DNA from: Pseudovirgaria hyperparasitica
Taxonomy: Eukaryota
Direction: 5' to 3' (one strand)
Length of the DNA stretch: 64,000 nucleotides
NCBI GenBank assembly: GCA_010093815.1
Contig: ML996571.1
In this document: one piece after another, positions 1-14,470 of the stretch
How positions within the stretch are numbered: the first letter of the stretch is position 1
Layout: each line of letters starts with the position of its first letter
Notes under the pieces: model-generated
Seen by the model: only the letters and a program-made list of their open reading frames with translations
Databases searched by the model: none
Told to the model about the DNA's origin: nothing
Made by a program: the position numbers and the translations under genes

Positions 1-127
1 AGAGTATATATATAAAGGGACGCCGATCTATCTAGCACGTGACTATTTACCGCCCTTCACGTTACCTCCTAACCCTGTTAGCTAAGGTACGTGTAGGTCG
101 GGTTCTACCTAAGGCTAAGTCCTAACA
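1..127 (-). repeat. Partial LTR (5' half) of Ty3/Gypsy family B, cut by the window start
   Basis: Reverse complement begins TGTTAGGACTTAGCCTTAGG and matches the LTRs at 7730, 14886 and 63661. Flank 128-132 is ACTTT (AAAGT on the minus strand). Confidence 0.95.
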
Positions 128-3100
128 ACTTTACTTATAACCTAATAGAATATAAACTAATTTACTACCGTTTCTAGCTTAACTACTAGTAATAGAGTAA
201 GTAGTAGAAATAATAGTAGACTCCTAGATAAGCGGACGTTTAGTAGTAGATTATAAATAGATAGATAGACTAGCTATACTACTCTATTACTACTATAGTT
301 AGTAAGGTTTATCTTATCTAAAGATAAAATAATAGGGACGATGATAGTACTATCTAGGATAGTAGCGTGTATATCCTACTAACCATCTACTATATAGGCT
401 TTACTATATACCCGGTTACCTAAACTAGTAAATTATTATACTAGCTTAAATATAAGCTTACTAGTAAACGGTCGGTATCTAAGAAGGAATTCTACTAACG
501 TAAGCGGATCCCTATACTAGTATTTAACTATAGTAGTACTAAATATATCGTAGCTACGCTACTAACTTTTATATAGTATCCCTTTAGAGTAGTATAATAA
601 TAATAATATTAGTAAACTAGGTAGAGTACCACTCTATAGGCGCATGCCTCCTCTAGTCTAAGCTACTATATAAGAAGAAACCTACGAATAGGAAAAACTC
701 CCTTATATCCATGACTACGCTCTATCTATCCTCTTATTCTTTATATATATATAGCCCTAGGGGCTACCTATAGGCCTATAGCCTATATTATAATAGTTTA
801 CCCTTAGGTAGTACGTATAGGTACGGAGATTATTAGTTAAGGGCTACTCTTAACTAATAATCGCGGTTCTCCTAGAGTTCTTCCGACGTATACCGGGGTT
901 CTTCTAGTATATATTAGGCTTCTTCTAGTATATATACGCGGGTCTACTAGAACTAGGGGAGAGGAAGGTGTACGAGTATCTATCGGGCGACGTCCTTAGA
1001 GTACTTATTAAGCTATCGCGTGATGTCGGAGGTCCTCGTTATACGGACGAGGGCTTATCTTAGGGTATAGAGGCTAGAGCACGTCGCGAGGTAGTGGCGT
1101 ATTATACCTCTCCGGCCGTAGTCCTCGCACTAGGGAGATATATCTAGGACTCCTCTCTAGTAGAGGTAATATAGGAGATCTATGGCGCCTATTCGGGCTT
1201 AGAGGAGTATGGATGCTTAGGCCTTCGTTAGCCCTTTATACATCTATTTACTCGGTTCCTTCTAAGGCCCTCGGATCTATTCTAGATATCTATCCTATTA
1301 GGAGGCCCACTAGGCTTTAAGTACCTCCCTCTATTTATTCTAGATCCACGACCGTATAACGCGGCTAAGCTCCTTAGGGCTCTATTAGCTTAGAACGGTA
1401 TCCGGGTTATTTCGAACCTCCTATATAGTCTAGCTCGAGTCCACCTCTATATAGTATTTATATTATACTCGAGTTTATTCTATAGTAGGGAGGGCCTAGT
1501 AATACGCGCGGATATATATACGTAGTACGGCGAAGGTATATACCCTATCTCCTCTACGTTCTTATACTTATTATTTAGTAAAGTATATAAGTCTCTATAT
1601 CTAGTAGAAGTCCTATATACTCGTTATGTTTATCTCGCGTTAGAGGAGCGTCGTGTTAGTAGCTTTATATACACTAGAGATAAGGCGGAGTATACGGTTT
1701 TATATAGACTTAAGCTTTACCTACCGAGCTTATATAAGGGCCGTATACTAGTACTCGTGTCTATATATAAAGGCTAGGCGTACTAGAGAGACGTATAGCT
1801 ATCTCGCCTTATCCCAGGCTATTCCCTACGTAGATACCGTAATCCGGTATATGGTAGTTTCTATCTAGAGGGCTCTAGAGACGGCGTGTGCCACCTATGG
1901 TCCCTATTTTAGCTTATTATTAATCATGACGCCGAGTACTTATATACTCTATACTAGTAGTTCTATAAAGGCGTCGATTTAGAGACGACGTACTCTCTCC
2001 CTAGTAGCCTATCCTCCATAGCGGTTAATAAAGTATATAAGCTAGTATTTTTTAGGTGCGAATTTTACTCTATGGCGCTTTACCTACTAGACGCATTTCT
2101 CGTGGTCTTATTCGAGTCGTGTATATATTCTACTAGTACTACTATCAACCGCGAGGAGGTATATATTATCCGCGTATCCGACTACCTCTATATATTCTAT
2201 TCTCTAAAGGAGGTCTACTATAAAGAAGAGGAAGATGATTAGAGAGATGGTACTCCCTTACGGGATGCCGTATACCGTCTCCTTATATTCGCTTCGGTAT
2301 CCGGGGATATATATTTAAGTAGTTCTTTACGCGAGGAAGGACTATATAAATCATATAATCTACTTAGGTATTCGCCTTATCCGGAGGTTATAGATAAGTC
2401 TTATATAGTTTACCCTATTAAACGCCCCTACTATGTCTAGGGAGAGTAGCGTAACGACTCGTCCTTATTTCTATATAGTCTAGATAACCTTAAGGATGTG
2501 TTAAATGGCTATGATTAGGGAGCTTTCTACCTTCGCCTTCTGGTTTACTAGGAGAAGGCCGTGTACCTATACTACTTCTTAGTAATCGTGGCTTCTAGTA
2601 CCTTACTAAGGTAGGAGAGGAGGGCGATCGGCCTCCATCCCTTCGGCGTATTTAGGCTCTTCCCTAGTTTTAGGAGTATAACCGTATATATAGTTCGGAA
2701 GCTCTATGGGTGGTATTCTATACGGGCGCACGCTCGGAATATATGGCCTATAATTAGTAAGGTTGCCTATATAGTCCTCTTAAGGCATTAATTCGGAATT
2801 CTATCTAGCCTAAGCGCTTTGTCGTTCGGGAGTGTCTTAATAGCGCTAAGTATATTATCGTCCGTGATTTCCCTAGAGATACTTATAGCTTCCGGGTATT
2901 CCGTACCGTTAATATCTAATAGGTCTACAGGTTCTAGAAGAGGGAATATAATCTCTTATAGAATCTCTATTTTCTCGAGACTCGTAGAGTACGTCTTTTC
3001 TTAATATATAAGGGGGGGTATAAGTGGTATAGGTGTCGGGGAGGCGGTACTTTTGGCCCATTTTACCATATACCATAGTCTAGTAGTATTACGTGTATAT

Positions 3101-5450
3101 CTATCCGTGACTATATACTACTATTTACGTCGCTCGTTACGGAGAACCTTATCTCGTTATCTTCTCGCCTCTCTCTATTTATTCTATACTTTAGGTGTGC
3201 GGTTATAGTATACGCGTGTGTATAATCTCCGGACTTCTCGCCTATGCTCTTGCACTTAAGGTATGCTTTTCGGGTCTAGGGGTCTATACATTCGGTACGG
3301 CACGTGTTTATCTCTTGCTCCCTAGTACGCCTATAGGAGTGTATTCACGGCCTGGTCGATGGCCGGGCCTCTAGTTCGGAGTTAGATAACTCCTATAGGT
3401 TCGACGTGCCCTATACTATTAGGCCCTGCTCCTGTTTTCGCCTTATCTTATCCCCTCTAGGCTTATACCTCCGGCTCTACTAGGAGAGGTGACCGAAGCC
3501 TCTCCTAGCTAGGTAACTACGAGGTTTACTCCTTAAACTTATAATACTAGCGTACGTGCCTTATGGGCGACACGTTCTATCTCTTTATAAATCGATACAC
3601 GCATCCGTTCTCTCGGGCTATATAGTAGTCTCTCCGGCCAGGACGTAATCCTATCTACTTCTAGATATACTAAGAGTTAGAGCCTATTAAAGGGGTAAGG
3701 TCCTTAGAGCCAGTAGTTACTACTATATACCACGCCCCGCCTTTAAGTATTACTACTTTTCGGTTTCGCGTTACCTATAAGAATCTCTCTATAATAGGCC
3801 GACCGTATCTTATAGGAGAGTATCCTCTAAATCCCTTACGTATATACGCCTAGGCGACTTAGGCATTCTCTTTCTACTAACCCGACTTATTTCTACTACT
3901 CTTAAAGGGTCCCTATAGCTGCCTCCTACCTATGTCTATATACTATTATCTATGTACTCTAGTATCCCACCTCCTACGGTAGACTATAACATCTCTCGTG
4001 CGTGGGAGCCACTCTATCTATTAGTAGTAAAGTAGTATCTTATATCGAGCGAAAGGTCTTAATAGAGTCGTGCTACTAGTAGTTGTACTAGGCGGCTTAA
4101 TAAACGTAGTTTAATACTATAGGAGAGTTAGCTTTAATAAGTTCTTCTAGTAGTAGTTTCTTAGTTGCCCTCGACGTGTTCCTTACGTTCCTAGAGCCGT
4201 TTAAGCCTTAAGGTGTCCTATCGCGCTACTAGGACCTCCGCTTCCTCTACCTAGTTAGTAAGATAGATTTAGGCCTGCTTTCGACATAGTAGTAGCGCGT
4301 TAGATGGTTTTCTTATCCCTTTATCCTCGTGAACTTCTCTTAACGCGTTAATTAGGGATAGAATAGAAGTATATACTTCCCTAGCTAGATTATATTAGCG
4401 TGGTTTAGTAAGGTAGACGCTCCGCAAAAACTCTTTAACTATCTATCTAGCGACGACTAGGTCGCCATTAACGCCGCTCCGAACCTCTTGCTACCTCTAT
4501 AGAGGCATTGTCTAGCTACGACGACGTGGACGCGGTTCGTAAGACTTCGTAGCCCTTTAGAGTAGTATAATAACTACTTATATATAATATTAGATTTTAG
4601 TATAAAAAGGTTAGAGGGTATAGTAGAAGTCTATTTAAGGATAGTAGTTAATTTATTATATACTATATTCGAAATACTAAACTAATTCGTCTATATTATA
4701 AGGCGCTCTATAAACTTACTATCGAATTAACTAAATCGGGCCTACTAAATTAGTTACTACTATAAATCTAGACTACATATACTTACGTTAGACGGATTAT
4801 CACGTCTACTCTAGTCTACTATAATATATATACCGCTCTCTTCTTTGAACGTTTTCGTTAAATATATAGTATTAGACGCCCTTATCGCCATAGACATAGC
4901 ATTTCTACTATATATATTAGACTAATTTACTAAATCGGTACTATAGCTACTAGTAACGCCGTCTATAGATTCTAGGTCTAAAATAGGATTAGAGAATATA
5001 GTAGTATCTTTATATAGGGCCGTATTAGTAGTAGAAGTACCTAATTCTATAGACTAGAACTTCTAATTAACGCTTAATAGCTAAATACTAATAGAGTAAA
5101 CTAAAGAGTTCTATTAACTAATATAACTACGAGTACTAAAGCCGCGCTATAACCCGGTCGATAGTAGTAGCCACGGGCCTAATAGTTATAATAATAATAG
5201 TAATACGGTAAGCCGTGCTTATCTATATAGTTCCGAGTTATAGTACCTACGGATTATATAGTATATACTACTAATCTTTCTACTATAGTATTAGTAGGAG
5301 ACTACGGCCTATAGTATCTCGAGGTATAGTTACTATAAAGGAAAAATACTATAGTATAATTATTAGTAGATAGTAATAATATAGTATACGGTAGATATTC
5401 TAGGCGTATACTAGAAGAAGTTAGGTGTAAGCCTATTAAAAGCCTAATAT
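128..5450 (-). pseudogene. Plavaka-family (CMC/EnSpm-related) transposase, N-terminal half, RIP-inactivated and interrupted by a LINE at 601-4552
   Basis: De-RIPed minus-strand reading gives YWYRDPLTLVEFLL, GNRVYSE..TADGWW and IIVPIILSSDKTNLTNYGGDRVAWPVYLSI.NL (about 540-240), typical Plavaka (PF18759-like) motifs. A possible C2H2 finger lies near 5300-5230. The start position is approximate. Confidence 0.85.
601..4552 (-). mobile_element. Tad-like LINE, RIP-mutated, apparently internally deleted
   Basis: RT motif VGYADD at about 2185-2165; C-terminal C..C..H..C knuckle near 1130-1080; (TTA)n tail. Direct repeat CCCTTTAGAGTAGTATAATAA at 580-600 and 4553-4573 is the TSD, with some overlap with the tail. 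Confidence 0.9.
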
Positions 5451-5649
5451 ATACCTACTAACCCCCGACTTCTACCCGGCTCTTAGCCCCTTAATTTCTA
5501 TATACGCTTGCTTAAAATTATTAATAATAATACGTAAGTATTACGCGTCTATAAAAACACTATATTAGTCTATATCTAAACCTTTATCGTGTCTACTAGC
5601 TAGTTATTATCCCGCTACCTAATATTATCGCCTAGTAGGTTACTAACCT

Positions 5650-7729
5650 ATAGCTAATAAAAATATCTACTAATCTCTTATATATCTTCTCTATAGGACC
5701 TCTAACACGGAAGACGATTAAGGAACTATCTAGCTACCGTAGCGGTAATACTAATAGAAGATAATCTAGTAACTATAGTAAACTAAACGAGATAGATAAA
5801 TAAAGATATAATATAACGTAGACACGTATTAGTATTAATAATAGGGACTTATATAATAGCCATTAATATAAAAAACGTATATATATACACCTAGCTCATC
5901 TCGACGCGTTTGTTTATCTACTAATAACCTAGTAGTCTAGGTATACCGGTAGCAAATATAGTAGTAACGCCCTATATAGCTTAGACGTTACGGTAATATC
6001 CTACTATAATAGTAACTAGGGATATAACGGCCTTACGTCCTCTTCTCTATTATATTAGCTATCTAGCTTAATAGAAAAAGATAGAGAAATAGTAGTAGAG
6101 AGGGAACTAACTATCCGTAAAAAGAGGCGGTTCTATAGAGATAGTCTCTAGTCTTATAAACGAGACCGGTACCTTATAATAACTAAGATTTTAATTACTA
6201 TAACGTTTTTAGGCCGGTTACTACCGGTATTTAATTATCTTAATATATGGCTAGATAGTAGTCTAGATAGTTTTAGGATACTAGTATAATTAGCCTAGAT
6301 AGCCGCTAGAGATATTAATCTTAGTAGCTACTACCTTAATTATAATTTATAAAATATATCTCCTATCTATGTTATTACGCTAGTAAAGGAAGATATAATA
6401 GACTTCCGTTACTAACTCCTCTCTAGAGTTAGATAGATAGTATCTAAATACTAGGACTAGAAGATAGTCAAGAAGAGAAAAGCTAGTATAAGTAACCTAA
6501 TATATAATAACGCGTATATAGAAGTAAAGGTATATTACTTATATTATATTAGATATATTACTAATTATTAGTATAATACTAGCGTAACTTAGAAAATGTT
6601 CGTAGGGCTAGTAGTAATTAAGGCTCTAAAGTTAGTTCTACTATAGTCCCTAAGATTCCTTAGATTAAAGGAGTACTATAGTAGTATATTCCGACTAATT
6701 CTACTATCTATAATTACCATTATATATATTATAATAAGGCATGCCCTTAATAAATATAGTAGCGGGTAGGCGCTAAACTCGTCCTTTAGTCGCTATAGAT
6801 TTACACGCTCTCTACTAATACTAGGTATATATATATATCTTTATCTAATTGCCTACTAAATTATATAGAGGAATAGCAAGTACTAAGCCTAATATAGTCG
6901 AACTAGGCGCCCTACTATATTAACTATATTTAAAAATCGCTAATAGTATTAGTATTCGTAGTACTAATACTAATTAACCTAGATACTATATATATAAACC
7001 TATATAAAGATAACCTAGATAACTTCTCTAAAGTAGATATAGATAACTTAGATAAGAGTAAGGAGTCTAAGCTATCGGGTAATATAAGTATATACTAAAG
7101 TTATAGAAGCTATATAGATACTAACTACTATAAAAAGGATAAGTCGGATACTCTAAACTAGTTAGATAAGTACCTCAAATCATCTTATACGCCATTAGAT
7201 ATAGGTAAGAGTTCTACACTACTAGTAGTAGCTATAGATAAGATTATACTATCTTAGGTATTAAGTATAGACCCGCTCTAAGTAACTACAAGAACGGTAA
7301 ATAATAGTATATATACGTATAGTATAAATAAGTCTATTACTAACTTATTATCCCTAGTTATAGCTACCTTAACTAGTAGTCTATCTACCCTAACTAATAC
7401 TTAAATTAAAATAAAGTTAGATAGTAGCGGACGTTTAAGTTAGGTCTTTAACCTATATATAAAGAGTATATACTTTTAAGAGAAGTCGGATATTAGTATA
7501 TAACTAGGGAACTATATAGACTACCATAAGACTAAATAGATAATATAAGAGAGAATAAAAATAGTAACTAGAAATATAGAGGGAAGTGTCTAGTAGGAGA
7601 AAAGGTTATTAAAGGTAGTTCTAGATAAGAACACCTTTTAATAGATAAAGGACACCGCCTAAAGATAGAAGAAAGGAAGGTCTACTATATTTTATTATAG
7701 CTATATAGTCGGAGAGAGCTTAGAATAGT
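5650..7729 (+). pseudogene. Unknown RIP-destroyed gene, divergent from the Plavaka transposase and truncated by the LTR at 7730
   Basis: Long frame broken only by TAG/TAA RIP-type stops (e.g. SSLIEKDREIVVERELTIRKKRRF near 6062), with an intron-like stretch near 6530-6575. No family recognised; limits approximate. Confidence 0.4.
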
Positions 7730-8029
7730 TATTAGGACTTAGCCTTAGGTAGAACCCGACCTACACGTACCTTAGCTAACAGGGTTAGGAGGTAACGTAA
7801 AGGGCGGTAAACAGTTACGTACTAGATAGATCGGCGTCCCTTTATATATATACTCTTAGATTTCTACTAAAAGGGTTCGGTAGTAATTCGTTCTATAATA
7901 GAATACACCCTATTATTCTATCTAACTATACTACTATCTAATAACCCTATTCTTATATTCGAATTACTCCCTATATAGTACTATAGTTAAGATAGTCTAA
8001 CTAGAACCAAGAAGGTCAACACGATCTAC

Positions 8030-9305
8030 TATAGAAATAAGTAATACTACATTAAATAATAGGGATCCTCTATAATTAGTATTAATCCTAGCCGTTTCTA
8101 ACCAAGAAGTAGAAATATTAGACTAAATCACGGAGCTTTTAGATAAAGAAATAGTAGATATACTAAGTAACTTCTAATAATATAAAGCCGGATAACGAGT
8201 TATGGCGGAGCCACATGAGGTATTATAATAAACTATTACCGAACTTTAGAAATACGTCGCGAATTAGGCTTAAGAGATTTAAACTATTAAAGAATAGATA
8301 GAACGCGCGAAACTCCTCGTAAAGAGACGAGAACTTAAGAAGTCTCTTAAAGAACTACGCCGAACGATAGTAGATAGATAACTCCCTATACTAATTTAGG
8401 CGGAATTAGTTCACCTACCATTAGAGTTATAATAATCTACCGTATACCCGGCCGCTTCGTTACCGATTTACCCTACTCCTTCCTTAGATATACTAAAATC
8501 TAAAGACCCGACTATATTTATAGAGAAGAACTAAAAGGAGTAGAAAGACTAGAAGAGAGACTACGAAAAGTACTTCCTTAATAACCCTCTACTCTTTTTT
8601 ACTAAAGTATAATATATTTCGTTCGGAGAACGATACCTAGGCTTATAATCCTATGATTAATAGAATAGATAGAAGGAAGTATAGCTACTATCTACGATAA
8701 CCTAGGAATATTTAGCTATATTTATACTAAACACCCTCGGAACGGATAGAGAACGTGAAAGAAAGGCACTATCTAAGTTAAGAAGCGTGGTATAACGATC
8801 GAACTAGACACCTACTTAACTACTATAATACCTCTAAAACCTATAGGATAATATCCCTACGCTATAGAAAAATATTTATATATTCTAGTTTCGCGAAGTA
8901 CTACTTCCGTTAATCCACGAAAGACTAGGAATAGTATTATTAAGTTTTAACTATCTATATAAATTAGAGGAGAAAGCTAATGAATACTACCGCATCCTTA
9001 AGGAACGCGGCTCTCTAGGTAAAACCGACGAACCCTATACGGGTTAGAAATAAGGTCGATCGAATACGTTCGATCAAGAGTAACCTTACCGCGATTAGCG
9101 CTAGAAGAGCGTAAATTAGGGTAGAAACGCGTTAAGAGGACACCGAAATAATTAAGGCGGTACTTCTTAACGCGGAAAAGTATAAGGCATAGGCTTAAAT
9201 ATAACGCCTATCGTAAAATAGTAGGATTATAGCGCACTTCGTTACTATAAGTATAGAGAAATAGAATATATTTCGCCTAACTATAAGAATCCGAAAAAAG
9301 AATAG
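8030..9305 (+). pseudogene. gag: gag of element B
   Basis: De-RIPed CCHC knuckle RCYKCGEIEHISPNC at about 9240-9285, then an A-rich slippery run (CCG AAA AAA GAA TAG) with pol in the -1 frame. Start approximate. Confidence 0.8.
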
Positions 9306-12300
9306 GCTAGTACACAAGACCTAACCGCGTTCTTAGCTAAATTATATATACTTAGAAGGAGCCATAGCGCCTTCCGGCGAGTAAAGACCTAATATTACTA
9401 AAAGTATCGTTATCTATAGTAAATGGTAATAAAACTATATAGGCCCTCGTGGACACTAGTATAGAAGATAACTATATTTTATTAATTCTCGTAAAGGAGT
9501 ATAGATTATCGTATAATCTCGGTAAAGTTAGCCGAACCATTATAGTTAATAGACATAAAGTTAGAACTTTAGGCAAAGCTATAACGAATTACGAAGTTCA
9601 TGACTCGAAGATAATAAAATAGTAGATGTCTAATAAATTCATTATGGCTAATATTAGCTAATAGAATATGATTCTAGGGATGCCTTAGCTTAGACGCCTA
9701 AACTCTATCCTTGATTTTTAGAAGGAGACATTAACGTTCTAATAATACTATAGTAAATTATACTAGTAAGTTATAACTATTAGTAAGGAGGCATAGAACC
9801 TCGCCGTGCGGACCCGATTATCGCTAATCTATCTTGCGTTCTTATCGATTATCGATAAAGACAAGGACGATAGTAATAATTAGGGCGAAGACACGCTACC
9901 TAACGTATATTCGTAGTATACAGATATATTTTCGGTAGAAGATACGTTACTTCTCCCTAATTACAGGCCGTATAAGCTAAAGATTAAGCTCGAAGAGGGA
10001 GTAGATATCCCTTATAGTCTACTTTACCTACTTTCGAGACTAGAACTCGAAGTTCTTTATAAATATATTAAAGAATACCTCGAAAGAGGCTAGATATATT
10101 ATAGTACGTTATTAGCCGGCGTACCTATTCTCTTCGTGAAGAAGAAAGACGGAAGTTTACGCCTATACATTAACTATCAGGTACTAAATACGGTAACTAA
10201 GAAGAATCGTTATCTATTACCGCTAGTTAGTAAATCTTTATACTAATTAACGAAGGCAAAGTACTTTACGAAGCTAGATTTACGAGATATATATTACCGG
10301 CTTTAAATTTGTTACGGAGATAAGTAGAAAACCGCATTTCGGACTAGATATAGTTATTTTAAGTATACTATTATACCATTTAGGCTAATAAATGCGCTAG
10401 AAGCGTTTTAAGGATATATTAATACTATACTCGTAGGATTACTTAACGTGATTTACGTAGTTTATCTTAATAATATACTAATTTACTCCGATAGCATGTA
10501 GAATCATAAAGAACACGTGAAATCGGTACTAAATCGTCTAAGGTAGTATAAACTCTACGTAAAATTATCTAAATGCGAGTTTCACTAATAAGAAGTTAGG
10601 TTTCTCGGCTTTATTATGATATATAGCGGCCTAAAAATGGAGCCGGAGCGTGTAAAGACTATCATGGAATGGCTAGAACCTACTACTATATATTAAATTA
10701 GAACATTTATAGGTTTCGTGAACTATTATTATAAATTTATTATAGGCTTCTTATGAATTACGGCGCCGCTTAATAAACTCATAGAGAATAGCGGTAAAAT
10801 CTCTATAGGTAGGCGAGCATAGCGTAAAGCTAAGTCGGTCGAGATATAGTTAACGCCGGAAGCGCGAGATACGTTCCGATCGTTAAAGAATTACTTTATA
10901 ACTACGCCGATTCTTAGGTATTTTAATTCTAAGAAGTATATTTAGGTTAAAACTAATACGTTAGAATTTATAATTACTAGAATTATTAGTTAACTATATA
11001 AAGATATAAAAGATAAGGTATAATAGCACCTGGTCGCTTTCTTTTCCCGTAAAATAGCGGATATAGAGACGCGTTATAATACGCATGACTAGGAACTACT
11101 CGTAATCGTTAAGAGTTTTAAGTAATAGTAATATTATTTAGAAGGCTCCGTATATTAGATCGAATTATTATTAGATTATATAAATCTACGTTACTTTATA
11201 TTAACTAAGGTTCTTAATTACTAATAAGTACGTTAGGCTAAGTAGATGTTAATATTTAACTTTAAAATCTTATATAAAGCTAGAAGAGAGAATAAAGCTA
11301 ATCCTCTATCGCGGCGTGAAGATTATAAGAAATCGTTATAGAATAACATAGATAGTTAGTATAAGTTAGACTATACTATACTTTAGATACTATAAGACTA
11401 GTTATCTAATAGAATACTAGAAGCTAGGACACTTTCGGCGATTCTCTACGGGAATTAGAGCGGGTATTAAGTAATCTAAATAAACGTCTAAGAAACTAAG
11501 AAAACCCTCGAAGACTTAATTAAATCTACCTAGAATTCCGATATATTAGTAAAGAAAGTCATAAGCATGAAAGGAAGCGCTATAGATCCGCCGTAGTTAT
11601 TAAGGTAGGAACGATAATCGGACGCGATCTACTTCCAAGGCCGACTCTATATACCGGAAGGCGGCTTACGAATTAATGTTTTAAGGGAATAGCACGATTA
11701 CGTGTTAGTAGGGCACTTTAGCGTTATAAGGACGGTCGATTTAATCCGAAGGACGTATGACTAGCTAGGTCTTTATAAATATATAAAAGACTACGTAAAA
11801 ACGTATAACGTTTACCAGTATACGAAAGTATATAGACACTTACTATATAGCGAATTAAGGCCATTACCTATGCTAAAGGAGGCATGGAAGGAATTATCGA
11901 TGGATTTTATTATAGATCTACCCCTAAGTAAGTATTCTAGGTACATTTATAATAGTTTACTCGTAGTTCTAGATAGATTTATAAAGATGTTATACTATAT
12001 CCCTATGAGGAAGACGATCTAAGTACTAGATCTTATAGATATACTACTCCGTAACGTAGTTCGGCTCTATAGTATACTAAACGGTATAGTTTCGGATAGA
12101 GGTCCGTAGATAACATCTAAATTTTAGAAGGATTTCTACTATACGCTAGAAATTAAGCGGAAACTTAGTACTATATTCTATCTATAAATAGATAGGTAGA
12201 CGGAGTAGTAGAATTAGATAGTCGAGGTGTATTTACGCGTATATTATAACTATAAGTAGGATAACTAGGTAAGGTTAGTCTATGTTGCGGAATTCGCGTA

Positions 12301-13060
12301 TAATAATAGCCGATATACGTTAACCTACGTGAGTCCGTTCGAAGTAAACTTCGGTTAGAACTATAATACGTAGTTCTTAGGGACTTAGTTCAAAGTAGAA
12401 CGACCTAACGTTAAAGTAATAGAAATTACTATAGAACTATTCTAAACGTAAAGAAGCGTTATAAAGTTACTATAAGATGCTATAAATTATAGTAAATCGC
12501 ACTATAATAAGGGTAGAAAACCTATAATCTATAATATTAGGGATAAAGTTTTACTAAATAGTAAGAATATTCATAGTATTAGGCTAAAGAAGAAGCTTAA
12601 CTATATAATAATAGGTCTATATAAGATTACTCGTATAATCAATGACTAGGTATACGAGTTATAACTCCCTCCTACGTTAAAGATATATAATATATTCTAT
12701 ATTACGCTTCTTAAGCTATTTCATGCCTTATTATTACCGGATCGTTCCGAATAGATACTATATAAAGTAGTTACGTAAGAAGGTATAGATATCTACGAAG
12801 TTAAGTAGATACTTAGCTAGTAACGCGCCGAAGATGGCACGTGGCTATATAAGATTCGTTAGAAAGAATATAATCCTAATAAAGATACTTAGGAACCTGT
12901 AATAAACATTAGTAAAGTAGCGATATTAGTATATAAGTAGCGATTAGCAAAGGAAGCCGCGGAATCGTAGAGAATTATACTAAAGCACGGTGATTTAACA
13001 GTTTTTAGTATAGTTTAGCGCTAAGGACGGCCGCCTAAAAGGAAGAAGGTGAAAGAGATA
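9299..13060 (+). pseudogene. pol: pol of element B (protease-RT-RNase H-integrase-chromodomain)
   Basis: De-RIPed ALVDTG (~9443), VVYLDDILIYS (~10457), VETDASEF (~10946), integrase HH..CC (~11690-11820) and chromodomain YEVEQIL..YKIRWK.Y...DTWEP (~12790-12900). Confidence 0.92.
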
Positions 13061-13429
13061 TAGATCTTTAAAACATTCTAAGGAATTAAGGAACTTCCTT
13101 AGAAAGTTCGAACTTAGAACTTTAAAAAATTTAACTAAAAAAAAGACTTAGAAAAATAATTTACTAAGAGAAATAGACATCAAAAATCAGTGCCAATCAG
13201 TATAGATCAGTATAGATTACTAAAGAGATTAAAGAAGTTATTATTAAAGAAAGATGAAATTAAGAAAGCTAAAAGAAAATATAAAGATCTATATAGATCT
13301 ATATAAACTCGTACTAATCTATCTAGAAGAAGTAAGATCGCTTTAAAATTAAAACCAAAAAACTAAAAACGCTAGATAAAAGAGATATATTATTACCGAT
13401 CGGTATAGATCCAAACCGATTAAGTCGGA

Positions 13430-14470
13430 GTAGGAGTAGAAGTACTAATTACCGTGATGGTTATATCCAATTCCTTTCGCTGGTTCTTATTTAGCATAGT
13501 ATAGAGCTTTATAATATAAGTCTCTAGCCTTTCGTTCCGACGCTATAAATTCTATATAGCGCGCCTTATAGCTATAAACTTCTCTATAGAAACCTACGGA
13601 GCGGTAGAACCCGGGACGGAGAGGGATAGACCGGCGCGGGCACGCTAAGAATTATATAAATTAGCGAAAAGATTTAACGATCGGTATAGAACCACATACC
13701 TTTAGTATAGAAACTTCTAGATTAGAGCTATCTTCTCTAAATTTACGGCTCTTTAGCACGCGCGAGAAAGGAACCTTAGCCTTTTTACTAGAACCTTTTC
13801 TAGGAATTCTAATATCGCCGGTATATAGAAAGAAGTCCGAAGTGGTAGAGATTTTAGCACTATTATAGAGATTAATATATATTAGTAAGAATCTATAACG
13901 ATTTAAGAAAAACGATATTACCTAGTAATCGCGGTAATAATAGCTATAGTAGATTCCGATAAATCCTTACGGATCTTATTAGAATCGTACTCCTAGGCGT
14001 AACCCTTGCCTTAGGTATATAGCTCGTAGAAAGCCTTCTCTAAGGTGTTACGATCGGTAGTACCACGCTCCTTATTAGTAAGGGTTACTAGAGGCCTAGT
14101 AGTAATCTATATTAATATAAGTAAATCTACGTAAAGTTCTTCGAACTTACTTAAATACCTATAAGTAATGACGCTTCTTAGTCATGTAAGTGCCGTATAT
14201 TATAGATTTAGTACTACCGTGAGTAATATACGACGGAAAGCGACAACTATAATAATATATAGCTAGATTATTAGAGCCCGGCCTAGGTCGGGGTAGATTA
14301 ATAGCTTTCGATATGTCGGTAACGTATACGAGATAGGGATTATTCGAAGGCGCCTATTTCCGCGCTAATTACTTTAGAGTATCGAGATTTCGGGAAACTA
14401 TATTAAGATTATTATTAATTTATGCAGATTATTACGAATTATGTTATTACTAGCTAAGGACGGCACGAAA
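13430..14470 (-). pseudogene. Spliced antisense accessory gene inside element B, with a six-cysteine (Zn-cluster-like) motif
   Basis: Several short GT..AG introns on the minus strand, e.g. 14158-14107. De-RIPed exon reads PCLVC...GCRF...TCGTCMTKKRHCLQ. Five of the six Cys are inferred from TAT/TAC codons; limits approximate. Confidence 0.6.
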
